Virus record (IMG/VR): IMGVR_UViG_3300032797_000052 | Coordinates: 1 to 59,888 of that record | From: a virus | Lineage: Duplodnaviria; Caudoviricetes | DNA: 59,888 nucleotides | Direction: 5' to 3' (one strand) | Part shown: positions 38,146 through 50,342 of the stretch, piece by piece | Layout of the letters: each line of letters begins with the position of its first letter | Numbering within the stretch: the stretch's first letter is position 1 | Translations under genes and position numbers: made by a program | Notes under the pieces: generated by a model | What the model saw: only the letters and a program-made list of their open reading frames with translations | Database searches by the model: none | What the model was told of the DNA's origin: nothing

Positions 38146-41100
38146 ATGCCATCTTTTAGTGAAATGTCTGCCAATATAACAATAGTAGAGAATGCAATAC
38201 GTGATCTTGCTGGTCAACTTAAACAATTAAGTTCAGCAGATATCAATAAACTTGCTATTCTTCGTGATACATTAAACTCTCTTAGTTCAGGAAAATTTAC
38301 AGCGGGTGGACCGACTCAAATGATTCAAACTTGGAGAGATATTGTAACTCAATTAAATTTAACTGAAGAAGCAGCTATAAGAGTTGAGGCAGCTTTACGA
38401 AGAGTTGGAAATCTAGGAATATCTAGTGGTAGGTTTACAGGAGTAACTAGTCCGGCCAGAGATTATGAATTAAATAATCAATTACGCGCTGATATTGAAA
38501 GATCAATAATGCAAAGATCAGTAACTACAGGACAAACAGGAACACCAGGATTAGAGAATGAATGGCAAAGTGTTATTAATCGAAGATTAAGACAAGTTAC
38601 TCGTGCCGGTATAAATGTTCCTATGGATGCAGAGCAAATAGCTGCTATGGAAGGTAGAGTCACAGAGGCACAACAAGCTACTGCTGATAGTCTAGCGAGA
38701 CAGATCGCTGACAGAGAGGCTAATTTAGCCTTAATGCAAAGGGAAGTAACAACAGCAGGACAATTAGCGGATGTAGAAAATAGAGGAGATCAGACAGGAA
38801 GAGGTGCAAATTTAACTCCTGCACAACAAAGAAATGCTAATAGATTAGAAGAAATTAGAACCTTGTTTACTACGGAGGCTCCTAAAGAACAAGTAGCTGT
38901 AATTCCTGGCGGTCAAGTTGCTATAGAGAATGTAAGAAAAAGTTTGCAAAATCTTGGTATGTCTTATGAGAATTTAAATAGAGTTCAAGTTGAAGCCTCG
39001 ACAAGCACAACTAGATGGTCTGCTAGTTTGACTGATCAAAACGGTCTTATCGTAAATGCTACTCTTACAACTGATAAATATGGTAATGTTCTTAAAGATA
39101 TGGGGACTAGATTTAGAGGATTCTGGTCTACGGTTAGCAGGGATATTGCAAAAGTTGCAGAATGGGGAATTGCTGTTTCTGTTATATATGGAACAATGCG
39201 AAAATTTAATGAACTTATTAAAGAAGCCATCGAGATTCAATCTAAATTAGCAGATGTTGAAATAGCATTAGCATCTAGTACGACAAATATAAATACCATC
39301 TTTGATACCGCTAACAGAGTTGCTAGAGAGTTTGGTACAAGTGTTACTGGTGTTATAGATGGTTATTTATTAGCATATAGAGCTACAGGAGAATATAGAT
39401 CAGAGGCAGAAAGAACAAGAGTAGCAACCATATTACTAAGTGATTCTATGATGTTGGCTAAACTATCTGGAATGGATCAAGCTGTTGCAATGGATACTTT
39501 AGTTGCTGCACTTAAACAAATGGGATGGGGATTAGATCGTGGGGGAGAATTACTTGATAAATGGGTGGCAGTTACAAGAGTTGCAAATGTTGATCTTAGA
39601 ACTCTTGCAACATCTTTCTCTATTGTGTCATCAGCCGCAGAAGGTGTTGGCATAGATGTTGATAAATTAAATGGTATTATTGCAGCTTTTGCTGAAGTAA
39701 CTCCATACAGTGCTGAGGAAGTTGCTAATGCTATTAGAGGTTTTGTTGCCGGATTCCAAAGTAGAGAAACCGAAGATGCTCTTGCAAGATATGGAATTTC
39801 TGTAAGAAATACGACAGGAGAATTAAGAGCTTTTGAAGAGGTTCTTACCGAGATTGCTTCTAGACGAGCACAAAATATTATATCAGAAGAGCAACTTTCT
39901 GCTATATCAAACATTATGGGTGGTGGTTGGAGACGTGGTGCTCAATTGAAAGCTATGCTTGAAAATTGGTCCAGAGTTAGTGCAATAACTGCTGTAAGTG
40001 CGGCTGCTAATGGAGAGGCACAAAGAGCTTTAGCTATTAAGATGGATACAGTTAAGACAGCTCTAACTAATCTAGCTAATGCATTTTCTAATTTAGCAAG
40101 AACACTTGGATATGAGGGAGGTTTTCTTGAGATAATTCAAAAAGGTGCAGAATTTTTAACTCGTCTTATTGATGGAATTACATCTCTAACTAGAGTTCTA
40201 GGAAGAGCCACTCCAGTTCTTATTGCTTTTGGAGCAGCTATGGCGTTTGTTAAATCAGAAATGTGGCAACAACAATTAACAATAATGTCTGGAGTAATGG
40301 GACAACAATCTTTAGCAACAAATCTTGATCCAACATTCCAACTTGGAAGACGTATTCAAGGACTTATACAAAAAATATCCTTACCCGTTCAAGGACTTTT
40401 GGGTGGAATTTTAGCTACTACATTAACAGGTGATCTCCAAAGAGCATTTAGAAGTGGTACTTCTGGAATTGAAAGAAGTCAGTCTTTTGCTAGAATTGGA
40501 GTTACAATAGCAGGAACATTATTTGGAACTATGTTAACAAAAAGTCCAATAATGGGATCAATGATAGGTACTGCTGCAAGTCAAGCATTAATACAGGAAC
40601 TTGGACAAAATATTGGTGGACTCCAAAATTTATTCGCTGGCCTTATTGCAAGTTCAATAGAAGAAGTTACTGGAAATCGTCCAATAGGTCCTAATGAACC
40701 AACTCCAGAAGAGGATTTAAGAACAAGAGGAAGAGCATTAATTGAAAATATTCCAATTATTTCACCTGTAATTGGTACTTTACTTACTCTTAATGCAGGA
40801 AGAGCTAGACGAGCTATAGCAAATGAAAGGGGAGTTCTGCCTGGAGAAGTTTCAGAACAAGATGTGCAAGAAGCTCAAACAATGGGAATTCTAGGTGTTC
40901 TTTCTGGAAGAACATCTAGAGCAGATGCACAAGCAATGTTTGGATATATGTTAGGGAATGCTTTATCAAATCTTCCTCAACAACCTGGAACTAGAGCATT
41001 AGCTGCCGCTATATTAGATGAAAGTACAGCTTTAGCCGCACAAACAATGTCAGAACAAGGGGCGTATCTACCAACAAGTCCATTCGGTAGAAGAATGCAA

Positions 41101-42702
41101 GCTACTGGTGGAATGGAAGGAATTGCTACTCAAAGAATTGAAGAAGAACGTCGTACTAGATTTTTACAAGCAACAAGAGGACAAATAACCACCGCTGATT
41201 ATCAAAGATTTTTAGATAATGCACCAACTATGATAGAAAGTATTAATGTAATGTATGCTGCTTTAGGAGATAGTGCCCAAGCAATTATGGGAGCAGATAG
41301 TGCAGCGGATGCTTATGGTAAACTAGTTGACGTTGTTATGGATATGCCAGCAGAACAATTAACCCAAATAGAAAGTGCTGCAAATGGAGTTGGAAGAGCA
41401 TTAGATACTTGGTCAACTGCACCTACCGCTGAAAATCAACAATTACTAAATGATGCATTAAGACAATACCAGGATTTAATGACAGCAACAGTACAAGGAC
41501 AGAGATATGCAGCATTTACTGCTCCACAAGCTGTTCTCGTTTCACCAGAGGCTACTCAGGCACAAATTGCAGCAGCAATTGCACAGGCTAGAGCACTTAC
41601 AGATGCTTGGGTGGAAGCTATGGCTCCAAATGATCCTGTAGCACTAAGAGATGGTTTTGAGGAACTGGCAATTTTAAATTCAGATACATATGCAAGAGCA
41701 TATTTGGAAAATATAAAAGATGTTATGCCAGATGCTTTGAATCAAATATTAGAAGAAATGAATATCGCAGGTCAGACAGGACCAATACCTATTAATTGGG
41801 AACAACCAGGAATACCATCCGCACAAATGCCAACTCAACAACAAGCAAATGCATTAACTGCATGGTTACAACGACAAGCACAAGCTCAGGGAGTGACTTG
41901 GACTCCTCATCCTGAGACTACCTTACTACTTGGAACAGATAAAATTGTTCGTGCTATTGATACAGATAGACTTGTTTTATCTATGCTCTTACAAGATATA
42001 AAGAACTTGGAGGAACAACAATTAGAAGGTGTATTCAATCTTCCAGCAGATATGGCTGCACTTGTTCCAATGACAGGTCGTTTATATTTCTCCACATCTC
42101 CAATTAATCAACAAGGAGGAGTGGGAGGATTTGATTGGGGAGATATATTAAATGAACCAGCAAATAATCTTGATAATGCTGGAGATAATTTAAATCTTGC
42201 TGCTGCGGCATTAATTAGAAATGCCCGTGGGTATTTATATCCAGAACAAGAAACAACTCGAAATCTGCGTGGATATAGATATCCAACTCAACAAATAGGT
42301 ATGGGAGCAGAGGAGGATTATGGAATAAGACATAGTAGAAGAGGGACAACAAGTATTGGACAAAGAGAGGATTTTGGAGTAAGACATCCAACTTTAGAAT
42401 CTTTATATCCTGCTGAAAGCATTTTGGATAGACTTCTAAAAGCTTTAAGTATAGTTTTAGGTAATATGGGTGGGATGATTTACAATCCCAATCCAATGCC
42501 TGAAACTGGAGGTAGAGGTCCTGGGTTACAAAATATAATGCCAGCCTCAATACCAATTACTAATAGAATTACTTTTGAAAATCAAAGCATTGTATATGTT
42601 GACGGACAGAAGATCGTTGATGTACTTTTGAAGAGAAACTTAATAGACTTTAAGACTGCTAAAAGAAGAACTGGAACAGTCGCTTACGATGTGAGTGCAT
42701 AA
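38146..42702 (+). CDS. tape measure protein
   Basis: 1518 aa, Ala-rich helical, TP901-type core, C-terminal VYVDG..I. Confidence 0.9.
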   Translation: MPSFSEMSANITIVENAIRDLAGQLKQLSSADINKLAILRDTLNSLSSGKFTAGGPTQMIQTWRDIVTQLNLTEEAAIRVEAALRRVGNLGISSGRFTGVTSPARDYELNNQLRADIERSIMQRSVTTGQTGTPGLENEWQSVINRRLRQVTRAGINVPMDAEQIAAMEGRVTEAQQATADSLARQIADREANLALMQREVTTAGQLADVENRGDQTGRGANLTPAQQRNANRLEEIRTLFTTEAPKEQVAVIPGGQVAIENVRKSLQNLGMSYENLNRVQVEASTSTTRWSASLTDQNGLIVNATLTTDKYGNVLKDMGTRFRGFWSTVSRDIAKVAEWGIAVSVIYGTMRKFNELIKEAIEIQSKLADVEIALASSTTNINTIFDTANRVAREFGTSVTGVIDGYLLAYRATGEYRSEAERTRVATILLSDSMMLAKLSGMDQAVAMDTLVAALKQMGWGLDRGGELLDKWVAVTRVANVDLRTLATSFSIVSSAAEGVGIDVDKLNGIIAAFAEVTPYSAEEVANAIRGFVAGFQSRETEDALARYGISVRNTTGELRAFEEVLTEIASRRAQNIISEEQLSAISNIMGGGWRRGAQLKAMLENWSRVSAITAVSAAANGEAQRALAIKMDTVKTALTNLANAFSNLARTLGYEGGFLEIIQKGAEFLTRLIDGITSLTRVLGRATPVLIAFGAAMAFVKSEMWQQQLTIMSGVMGQQSLATNLDPTFQLGRRIQGLIQKISLPVQGLLGGILATTLTGDLQRAFRSGTSGIERSQSFARIGVTIAGTLFGTMLTKSPIMGSMIGTAASQALIQELGQNIGGLQNLFAGLIASSIEEVTGNRPIGPNEPTPEEDLRTRGRALIENIPIISPVIGTLLTLNAGRARRAIANERGVLPGEVSEQDVQEAQTMGILGVLSGRTSRADAQAMFGYMLGNALSNLPQQPGTRALAAAILDESTALAAQTMSEQGAYLPTSPFGRRMQATGGMEGIATQRIEEERRTRFLQATRGQITTADYQRFLDNAPTMIESINVMYAALGDSAQAIMGADSAADAYGKLVDVVMDMPAEQLTQIESAANGVGRALDTWSTAPTAENQQLLNDALRQYQDLMTATVQGQRYAAFTAPQAVLVSPEATQAQIAAAIAQARALTDAWVEAMAPNDPVALRDGFEELAILNSDTYARAYLENIKDVMPDALNQILEEMNIAGQTGPIPINWEQPGIPSAQMPTQQQANALTAWLQRQAQAQGVTWTPHPETTLLLGTDKIVRAIDTDRLVLSMLLQDIKNLEEQQLEGVFNLPADMAALVPMTGRLYFSTSPINQQGGVGGFDWGDILNEPANNLDNAGDNLNLAAAALIRNARGYLYPEQETTRNLRGYRYPTQQIGMGAEEDYGIRHSRRGTTSIGQREDFGVRHPTLESLYPAESILDRLLKALSIVLGNMGGMIYNPNPMPETGGRGPGLQNIMPASIPITNRITFENQSIVYVDGQKIVDVLLKRNLIDFKTAKRRTGTVAYDVSA

Positions 42703-42705
42703 AAT

Positions 42706-43062
42706 ATGGCATCTATATGGAAACTTAATGGAATTGATATTTATGTAGATCAGTATGGAATAGCAGAATCTCCAACCATTGCTGAAATAAATCCAATCAA
42801 TTCTACCGATACAATCTTTCATTATATTAATACACCAGACAGTAAGGTAGAAATCCAAGGAATAGTTGTTGGGAGTGGAAACCTTGCATTAATAAGGGGA
42901 ACTGTAGCATCAGTTGTAACTTTAATTACTGATCTCGATAATGTTACAGTCTTAGTTTCAGATATAAAAGCTGAAAGACAATTAATTGTATGTCAACATA
43001 TTGATGAACTTCAATCAACAACCGCTCCAATTTATAGAGTAACAATAGCATTGAGACAATAA
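42706..43062 (+). CDS. distal tail protein-like
   Basis: Position right after TMP. Confidence 0.5.
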   Translation: MASIWKLNGIDIYVDQYGIAESPTIAEINPINSTDTIFHYINTPDSKVEIQGIVVGSGNLALIRGTVASVVTLITDLDNVTVLVSDIKAERQLIVCQHIDELQSTTAPIYRVTIALRQ

Positions 43063-43063
43063 A

Positions 43064-44047
43064 ATGGTAGCAACTCCAAAGATTCTAACCAATACTGTTT
43101 CTAGTTGTACTGGATTAAAGTCAATTAGAGTAACAGAATCTTATAATGCTGCTCTTGCACAGACACAGATAGCCTGTTATGATACAACATTAAATCTAGG
43201 CGATGCAATAAATTTCGATATAGGTTATGTTGGGGATAGTGGAAAAGCCTTTCAAGGATATGTCAAACATATCGAGAAAAATCTTCCTGATTTAACTACT
43301 ACTGTTGTTTGTGAGGATGAACTAACAAAAGCTGTAGATTATTATATGGCATCTGATACTCCAGATAATCCATTCAGTAGATCAGATATACTTACTGAAG
43401 ATTTGGTTAGAGATATTCTTGCTGAGGCACAAATATCATCCTTTACATCAAGTATTCCTCTTGTAGTTTATTGGGGAACTCATGGAACAAGAGTTGAATT
43501 CAATCTTACAAATGCTTGGCAAGCAGCCAAATCTATTGTAGATGCTCTAGCTTGGCATCTTTACTGTGATAGAAATGGATTAGTTCATTTAACAGACGAT
43601 CATCCATATAAAGAGATTGGAGAGATTATTACACCAGATTTTACTTGGACCGATGCAACTCATAATTTAATAGCTCTCACTTCTTCAATTTCTGCTGAGG
43701 AATTAAGAAATAGAGTTGTAGTTTATGGAATAAATAATTTATCTGCTACAGCGTCAGCATCAAGTCCATATCTTCCACCAGGATTTTATAAAACAGCAGT
43801 AGTTGCAACTCCTATTATTACGAATACTGGACAGGCACAACAAGTCGCAGATTTGAACTTAGCTAGATTTAATAGACTAACTGAATCATTAAATATTGTT
43901 GTTGAGGGAGACTACGAGATTACTCCAAGAAAATGGGCTAATATAACTAATACATATCTAGGAATAAGTGGGGATTGGTTTATTTATCAAGTAGAACATA
44001 CATTTGATGATAGCGGTTATAAGTGTAATGTCATGGTAACGAGGTAA
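43064..44047 (+). CDS. baseplate hub/Tal-like protein
   Basis: FQGYV, LYCD.NG.V, RNRVVVYG, W.I..VEH. Confidence 0.6.
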   Translation: MVATPKILTNTVSSCTGLKSIRVTESYNAALAQTQIACYDTTLNLGDAINFDIGYVGDSGKAFQGYVKHIEKNLPDLTTTVVCEDELTKAVDYYMASDTPDNPFSRSDILTEDLVRDILAEAQISSFTSSIPLVVYWGTHGTRVEFNLTNAWQAAKSIVDALAWHLYCDRNGLVHLTDDHPYKEIGEIITPDFTWTDATHNLIALTSSISAEELRNRVVVYGINNLSATASASSPYLPPGFYKTAVVATPIITNTGQAQQVADLNLARFNRLTESLNIVVEGDYEITPRKWANITNTYLGISGDWFIYQVEHTFDDSGYKCNVMVTR

Positions 44048-44054
44048 GGATAAA

Positions 44055-46601
44055 ATGGATTTTCATATTCCAGACTATGTAAGGATTACAATAGCAGGAA
44101 ATAGTGTAACTCCTTACATTATAAGTTATAGTAGAAAAGATGACTTATGTGAATTAAGTGAATCTTTTGAACTTCAACTTAGTCTTACATGCCCATACAC
44201 TATCAATCCATATAATGATGTTTTGATTGAGGAATTATATAATGGTTCAACTGGTTATGTATTAAGAGGATATATAGTAGAAACTGATAAAAATTATGAA
44301 GAGGGAATACTTACAATTAGAGGATTAGATAAATCAGTATTATTAGATGATTATTTCATACCACAAAATTTAACTTCAACAGGACAAACAGTAGATTATT
44401 GGATTAATTATCTTATCAGTTTAACTGGATTATCGACTCACTTTGATGTTAGTAGTGTGTATATTGTCGAAAATGAAACTCCATTAGGATTTCAAACAGT
44501 CGCAGATGCAGTTATGAAACTAGAACGTCAAGCTGCATATTATATTAAGTATGATTCACAAAACGATTATATAAAAATTTTTAGATTAGGAAATAGTCAA
44601 ACAGTCTTAACAATCACTACAAATGATGTGGTTGATGCAAAAAGAAGCACTGGAACTGAGAATACTAGAAATGTAGTAAAAGTTTTTGGTGGATATAAAT
44701 ATAATATCCTAGATGGAAGTTCTACACAGGTTTTTGCAAAAGCAAGGAGCGGTATGCCAGAACTGCTTGTGGATAAAACTGCGGCTATAGTTTCTCCAGT
44801 TCTTAGAAGTCAAACATATGCTTATATTGTGGCTAATCGTATTCTAAGTGTTGTAAATGGTCTAGATGATGAACAACTTTATATGCTAGCAGGATTTTAT
44901 CCAACTGTTCATGTTGGAGAATGTGTTTATATTGATGTTAACTTTGCCAATTTAGAATTTCATGGAAATAGAATGATAACATCAATAGAAACTAATGTAA
45001 GTAGTGATGGTGCTTTTACGACTATTGGAGTGGGAAAGAAATGTCCTAGAATATCTATAAATCTTCCTGATCCTCCAGTTTTCGTAACTGATTCTGTAAA
45101 TGGAGTTGGTGTATCTTGGAATGGTGGAGATTCATTTTTACCCTCAAATACAGGATTAACAGGAGATGCTTTAGATGCTTATGGTATCGCTGTGAATCAA
45201 TGGGGACAATCTATGGTTCTTACCAAGGATGGATTATATAGAAGGTATGGAACAGGAGGAACTTGGTCAAAACTTTCAGAATTACCAGACCCAGTTAATA
45301 CAGCGGGGGATTATCCTACTCCAACAGTAGCATCTGGAATTACTTTCTTAAAAGTTGTAGATGAACCAACAGGATATGGAAAATTTCATGTTCTAGCTAG
45401 AGAAGATGCAGGACCATTAAGATCATGGATTTATACAACTAAAAATTTTGGTATGTCGTGGGATTCAGAGGAACTTTGGATTAATAAAACTCCTAGCGGA
45501 TATCTATGGAATATATATCCAATTGATATCGAAGTATCCCCAACTAATAATGTTTATACTTTAGTTAATGCTTCTCAACCTAAATCTGGAATTTATTATA
45601 CCCATCAAACATCTCCATACTCATTTGACTTGTGTACTTGGTCTAGTGAAACTGATCCAACGGTTAAACATACGATCTATGATTATGATGTATCTACAAG
45701 AAATTGTAGAATATACTCAATACCATATAATCGCAGAATAGCTTATGCAATTCAGGTTTTACTATTTCCAGCAGGATATTCTTGTGCTCGTATTAATATT
45801 CATAAAACAACTGATTTTGGAGATACTTGGACTGAGATATATAATCAAGTACCATCTTTACCTCTCCCAATCGAACCTGATACTTTTGTATACTATTATT
45901 CATGGCAACTACTTTTTGATACGTCATCCACCACAAATGAAATTAGATTTACACAACCTTTCAGTAGTAGTCATATAACTTCAATAAAACATACTAATGG
46001 AACAGTTTATTATACACATACACAATATTTCTACGATGGAGGATATACTTTTACTATAGATAGTTCTGGAAATGTAATTGAGGGTAGTTATGGTCCAACT
46101 TATAGTGGAAGTGAGACCTGGGAAACTTTAGATCAATGGGGAGCGGGTTCTGGTTATTTCGGACCAGGACCAGGACCTTATGGAACTTGGCCTATAAATA
46201 AATATTCTCCTACAGTGGGAGTAAGTTATGATTGGACTGATCCTTATTCTGGATATGAATATCCTCCAGGCGAAGATTATAGTTATATGCCTGATCCTAG
46301 AATTACTACTTATGATGTATATAGTGAGAATAATGCTAATTATATAAATAAAAACGATGGAACATTTAGTTATTTATCTGGAATGTCTGGTCTTAATATA
46401 AATTATGCATATGATGATGGTTATGCTTATAGAATATATTATGATACTGATGAATGGTGGTATTTTGGTTATGGTGATCCAGCAATTCCTATTACAGCAA
46501 TAGATGAACAAGTAGCTGGACCTTCTGATATTCCACTTGATCCTATACCTCCTTATGGACCTTATTCTGTTTGGGATATGGAAGTTGGAGACCCTGATTA
46601 A
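44055..46601 (+). CDS. hub-like tail protein with C-terminal BNR/propeller region
   Basis: N-terminal hub-like region; SWNGGDSF, TKNFGMSW and TTDFGDTW Asp-box motifs. Confidence 0.65.
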   Translation: MDFHIPDYVRITIAGNSVTPYIISYSRKDDLCELSESFELQLSLTCPYTINPYNDVLIEELYNGSTGYVLRGYIVETDKNYEEGILTIRGLDKSVLLDDYFIPQNLTSTGQTVDYWINYLISLTGLSTHFDVSSVYIVENETPLGFQTVADAVMKLERQAAYYIKYDSQNDYIKIFRLGNSQTVLTITTNDVVDAKRSTGTENTRNVVKVFGGYKYNILDGSSTQVFAKARSGMPELLVDKTAAIVSPVLRSQTYAYIVANRILSVVNGLDDEQLYMLAGFYPTVHVGECVYIDVNFANLEFHGNRMITSIETNVSSDGAFTTIGVGKKCPRISINLPDPPVFVTDSVNGVGVSWNGGDSFLPSNTGLTGDALDAYGIAVNQWGQSMVLTKDGLYRRYGTGGTWSKLSELPDPVNTAGDYPTPTVASGITFLKVVDEPTGYGKFHVLAREDAGPLRSWIYTTKNFGMSWDSEELWINKTPSGYLWNIYPIDIEVSPTNNVYTLVNASQPKSGIYYTHQTSPYSFDLCTWSSETDPTVKHTIYDYDVSTRNCRIYSIPYNRRIAYAIQVLLFPAGYSCARINIHKTTDFGDTWTEIYNQVPSLPLPIEPDTFVYYYSWQLLFDTSSTTNEIRFTQPFSSSHITSIKHTNGTVYYTHTQYFYDGGYTFTIDSSGNVIEGSYGPTYSGSETWETLDQWGAGSGYFGPGPGPYGTWPINKYSPTVGVSYDWTDPYSGYEYPPGEDYSYMPDPRITTYDVYSENNANYINKNDGTFSYLSGMSGLNINYAYDDGYAYRIYYDTDEWWYFGYGDPAIPITAIDEQVAGPSDIPLDPIPPYGPYSVWDMEVGDPD

Positions 46602-47176
46602 TGTCACTGGTAGTGTTGGAAAGTAGAGATTCTGTTGATAGTATTTCTCCAATATGGTCTGGAGCAACTCCATTTATTCTAAGTTACTTAAAATTATATG
46701 CAAATACTTTTGATACTTATATCTGTGGACCATATACACCTTTTGGTGGATATTTACTTAGAATAAATACATATAATGGTCTTTATACTGCAACAGAAGT
46801 TAGACCTCCAGTTGCATCAGGATTAGCAAGAGGACTCAGTGTATCACATTATTGGGGAGAAAATGGATATGCTGTTTATTCCGCAGCAGTTGAAACTTCT
46901 GGAAATAAGACTATGTTTTCTACAGCATATCCAGAAATATTGGGAGGCTGGACAACTTGTGCGCCTATATCTGGAATAGGAAATCCAATTGATATAGTAT
47001 TTCCAGATACACCAAATAGTCCTAGATTTTTAGTTGGAATAAGTACTCCAAATAGTCAGCATGTAGAAGTTGTTTTAGCAGATGATCCAGAATTAGTAAA
47101 TAGATATCCTACAGATTGGTCAGCTTTAGATAACACTGGTTCAGTCACCGATCTTGAATGTATGAGGTTTATATAG
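46601..47176 (+). CDS. tail-associated hypothetical protein
   Basis: Coupled (TAATG) to the previous gene. Confidence 0.55.
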   Translation: MSLVVLESRDSVDSISPIWSGATPFILSYLKLYANTFDTYICGPYTPFGGYLLRINTYNGLYTATEVRPPVASGLARGLSVSHYWGENGYAVYSAAVETSGNKTMFSTAYPEILGGWTTCAPISGIGNPIDIVFPDTPNSPRFLVGISTPNSQHVEVVLADDPELVNRYPTDWSALDNTGSVTDLECMRFI

Positions 47177-48106
47177 ATGCCTACTATTACAAATGATTAT
47201 CATAGTGAACTTTTAAATACTATGAGAGACCTTGCAAGAGGTTCTAAGTGGTGGTCAGCACCTATTAATCTAGGAGGTGCTCCTGGTCCTGGCGGAGGAT
47301 CAGGTGTTCCTGTTGGCGGCATCTATGGACAATTAATTCAAACAAAAGTTGCTTATGATTCAAGTGAAGCCACTTATTCTGGTATTATAACTAATCCTCC
47401 TAGTGGAACTTTAGTTGATAATCTTGCACATCTCAGACAAAGACTTTATAATTTAGAAACGGGAAGTGGAACTTACAGTGGTAGCGGAATATCATCAATA
47501 GAAGTTAGAGATGATGGTGTATACAAAGGTAAAGTTACTGTTCTAGATTTTACTACAAATACAAATATTACGGTAACTGGTGATGTAGGTTATGTATCAT
47601 CAGAAGGTGGTGGTTATGGTATTTTAGGAACTTTAACATATGAAAATTTAACTCCTCAAATATCAGGCGTTACTCATTTTACTATTACTTATACAGCTAT
47701 TACTGGTTACTTTGGTGTATATCTAAATGGAGTTCGTCAAACAAATGACAGATATACAGTTGATCCAGGTAATCAAGGATTTGTAACTACATTTACTCCT
47801 GTAAGCGGTATTGATGTACTTTATGCTCAATATCTAACAATGTATGGGACTGTACAAGGTCCTACAGGTCCAACAGGACCTAGTGGGATAGGAAGTACAG
47901 GACCTACCGGAGCAACGGGTCCAATAGGGCCATCGGGGTCTCCTGGTGGAGCAACTGGACCTACTGGCCCTAGTGGGGCAAGCGGAGCAGTTGGAGCAAC
48001 TGGACCATCGGGAGCAGCAGGCGGACAAGGTAATACTGGAGCCACAGGTCCAACAGGACCTACTGGCCCAATAATTGATATTCTTAATCTTTTAATCTTT
48101 GTGTAG
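47177..48106 (+). CDS. collagen-like fibre protein
   Basis: VYLNGVRQ domain plus G-X-T/S triplet run. Confidence 0.8.
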   Translation: MPTITNDYHSELLNTMRDLARGSKWWSAPINLGGAPGPGGGSGVPVGGIYGQLIQTKVAYDSSEATYSGIITNPPSGTLVDNLAHLRQRLYNLETGSGTYSGSGISSIEVRDDGVYKGKVTVLDFTTNTNITVTGDVGYVSSEGGGYGILGTLTYENLTPQISGVTHFTITYTAITGYFGVYLNGVRQTNDRYTVDPGNQGFVTTFTPVSGIDVLYAQYLTMYGTVQGPTGPTGPSGIGSTGPTGATGPIGPSGSPGGATGPTGPSGASGAVGATGPSGAAGGQGNTGATGPTGPTGPIIDILNLLIFV

Positions 48107-48114
48107 GTGAAATT

Positions 48115-48456
48115 ATGACTGTTTATACAAAAGAGTTCTTAAGTGGATCAACTAATGGTAAAGCAATTCAACTTCTAACAGTGACTTCACCAGGAACTTT
48201 GATTCATACAGCAGCTTCCACATCCAAAGATGAAATTTGGATTTATGCTGTTAATGATGATACTTTAACTCGTAAATTAACAATCGAGTGGGGAGGTACA
48301 ACTGTTGCAGATAGACTCGAAGTTGGAGTTGATGCAGAGGCAGGATTTGCACTAATTATCCCAGGCTTAATTTTAATAAGCGGATTAATAGTTAGAGCAT
48401 TTGCTGATGTAGCGAGTGGTGTTCTAATTGGTGGATTCGTTAATAGGATTACATAA
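48115..48456 (+). CDS. small beta-sandwich virion protein
   Basis: LSGSTNGK.I...GTLIHTA...DEIWIYAVN...GFVNRIT. Confidence 0.6.
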   Translation: MTVYTKEFLSGSTNGKAIQLLTVTSPGTLIHTAASTSKDEIWIYAVNDDTLTRKLTIEWGGTTVADRLEVGVDAEAGFALIIPGLILISGLIVRAFADVASGVLIGGFVNRIT

Positions 48457-49223
48457 TGCCTCAATCCATTACTAATGCTCAACCTGCAAGATTTAGAAGC
48501 CGTCACCCAGGAAAAATTGATGCTGGAAACAGGAATCCCTATGATCCTGCTAGTTGGGGAACTTTATACTCCTGGTATAATGCTGACTATGGAGTTACCC
48601 TAGATGGAAGTAATAATGTTACAACGTGGGTTGATAAATCTGTAAATCATCATATAATGAATTCTTTAACCTCTGGTGACAGACCTGCATTTTTATCAAA
48701 TCAATTTGGTATACTAAATGAATTTTCAGGAATACAATTTGCTGATCCTGAATATTTATATGGCACTGATATTCCAGCTACAGGCAGTAGTAATAGAGCA
48801 ATTATTATTATTATAAAGGATGTTACTGAAAATGGGTCTGATCCTATGAATCATATATGTCATTGGGGAACCAATGCTAATGATCAATCATGGGGATTAG
48901 TTTCTAAAACTGGTGGTTCATTTGAATATGGAAATCACTATTGGGCCGATCATAGTCATAGTTTAATAACTCCTGTATCCTCTATAAAATGTATTATAGA
49001 GAACAAAATTGGAGATTATGAATATTGGTATCAAAATGGAGTTTTATCAACCTCAGTATATAAAGTTTGTAATACTGGAAGTACATATGGAATGCTCATA
49101 GGTTCTCGTATTGAGTCTCCCGCAGAAGGTGCCAATTTTTGTATTTGTGAACTTATGACTTATTCAAATGACATAGATGTTAATTCAGTTTGGCCGGTTA
49201 TTAAAGCACAATATGGTTTGTAA
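48456..49223 (+). CDS. LamG/lectin-like domain protein
   Basis: WYNAD...V..W.DKS.N...RP, I.E...Y. Confidence 0.6.
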   Translation: MPQSITNAQPARFRSRHPGKIDAGNRNPYDPASWGTLYSWYNADYGVTLDGSNNVTTWVDKSVNHHIMNSLTSGDRPAFLSNQFGILNEFSGIQFADPEYLYGTDIPATGSSNRAIIIIIKDVTENGSDPMNHICHWGTNANDQSWGLVSKTGGSFEYGNHYWADHSHSLITPVSSIKCIIENKIGDYEYWYQNGVLSTSVYKVCNTGSTYGMLIGSRIESPAEGANFCICELMTYSNDIDVNSVWPVIKAQYGL

Positions 49224-49238
49224 TAAGGAGAGGATAAA

Positions 49239-50342
49239 ATGAGGTTTCATTTATTAGGACTTGCACATACTAAAACAAATAAAGATTTTATTTTGTGTGC
49301 ATATACTCAAAAAGTATATAAATTGGCAAGGATGCTCACAAAGTTAGGACATGAAGTTATTCATTATGGAGCAGACGGAAGTGATGTACCATGCGAGCAT
49401 GTGACTGTAATAACTGATGATGTCTGGAAACAATGTTATGGGGATTATGACTGGAGAAAAGAATTCTTTAAACATGATCCAAATGATTCAGCATATACTA
49501 CTTTTAATACAAATGCTATCAGAGAAATAAATACTAGGAAAAGAGATAAAGATTTTTTACTCGTTTCCTTTGGAAATTATCAAAAATCTATAGTAGATGC
49601 AGTAAATATTCCCCTCACAGTTGAAATGGGAATTGGGTATTCTGGAGTATTTTGTAAATATAAGATTTTTGAAAGTTATGCTTGGATGCATTATATTTAT
49701 GGACTTATAAAGCAAGATGATGGAATTTGGTATGATGCTGTAATTCCTAATTATTTTGATCCACATGATTTTATTTTCAAAGACAAAAAAGAGGATTATT
49801 TTGCCTATCTTGGAAGAATAATCTCAAGAAAAGGAATACAAGTAGCTGTGGATACAACAAAAGTTATAGGTGCAGAACTAAGAGTTGCTGGACAAGGTTC
49901 TTTGAAAGATTTAGGAATAACAGATAATCATGTAAATCATATCGGTTCTGTAAATACAGAAGAAAGAAAAGAATTTTTAAGTAACGCAAAAGCATTATTT
50001 GTTCCAACATATTACCTAGAACCTTTTGGTGGAGTTGCTGTAGAAGCAATGTTAAGTGGAACTCCTGTTATAACAACTGATTGGGGAGTATTTAGTGATA
50101 TAATAGATCATGGAGTGAATGGTTTTAGATGTAGAACTCTAGATGATTTTGTATTTGCTGCTAGACATATTGATGATTTAGATAAAAAATTGATTAGAAG
50201 ATGCGCTAAAAAGAATTATTCTATGAAACGAGTTTCAAAAATGTATGAGGAATACTTCACAAAATTGAGTGATTTATATAAAAAAGGGTGGTATGAAATT
50301 CATGATGATAGGCAAAATCTTGATTGGTTGAGGAAATACTAA
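49239..50342 (+). CDS. GT4 glycosyltransferase
   Basis: [33 protein letters not shown]. Confidence 0.9.
   Translation: MRFHLLGLAHTKTNKDFILCAYTQKVYKLARMLTKLGHEVIHYGADGSDVPCEHVTVITDDVWKQCYGDYDWRKEFFKHDPNDSAYTTFNTNAIREINTRKRDKDFLLVSFGNYQKSIVDAVNIPLTVEMGIGYSGVFCKYKIFESYAWMHYIYGLIKQDDGIWYDAVIPNYFDPHDFIFKDKKEDYFAYLGRIISRKGIQVAVDTTKVIGAELRVAGQGSLKDLGITDNHVNHIGSVNTEERKEFLSNAKALFVPTYYLEPFGGVAVEAMLSGTPVITTDWGVFSDIIDHGVNGFRCRTLDDFVFAARHIDDLDKKLIRRCAKKNYSMKRVSKMYEEYFTKLSDLYKKGWYEIHDDRQNLDWLRKY

Noticed and set aside
21672-48506. Numerous minus-strand ORFs within structural genes
   Set aside because: Antisense shadows of biased or repetitive coding sequence
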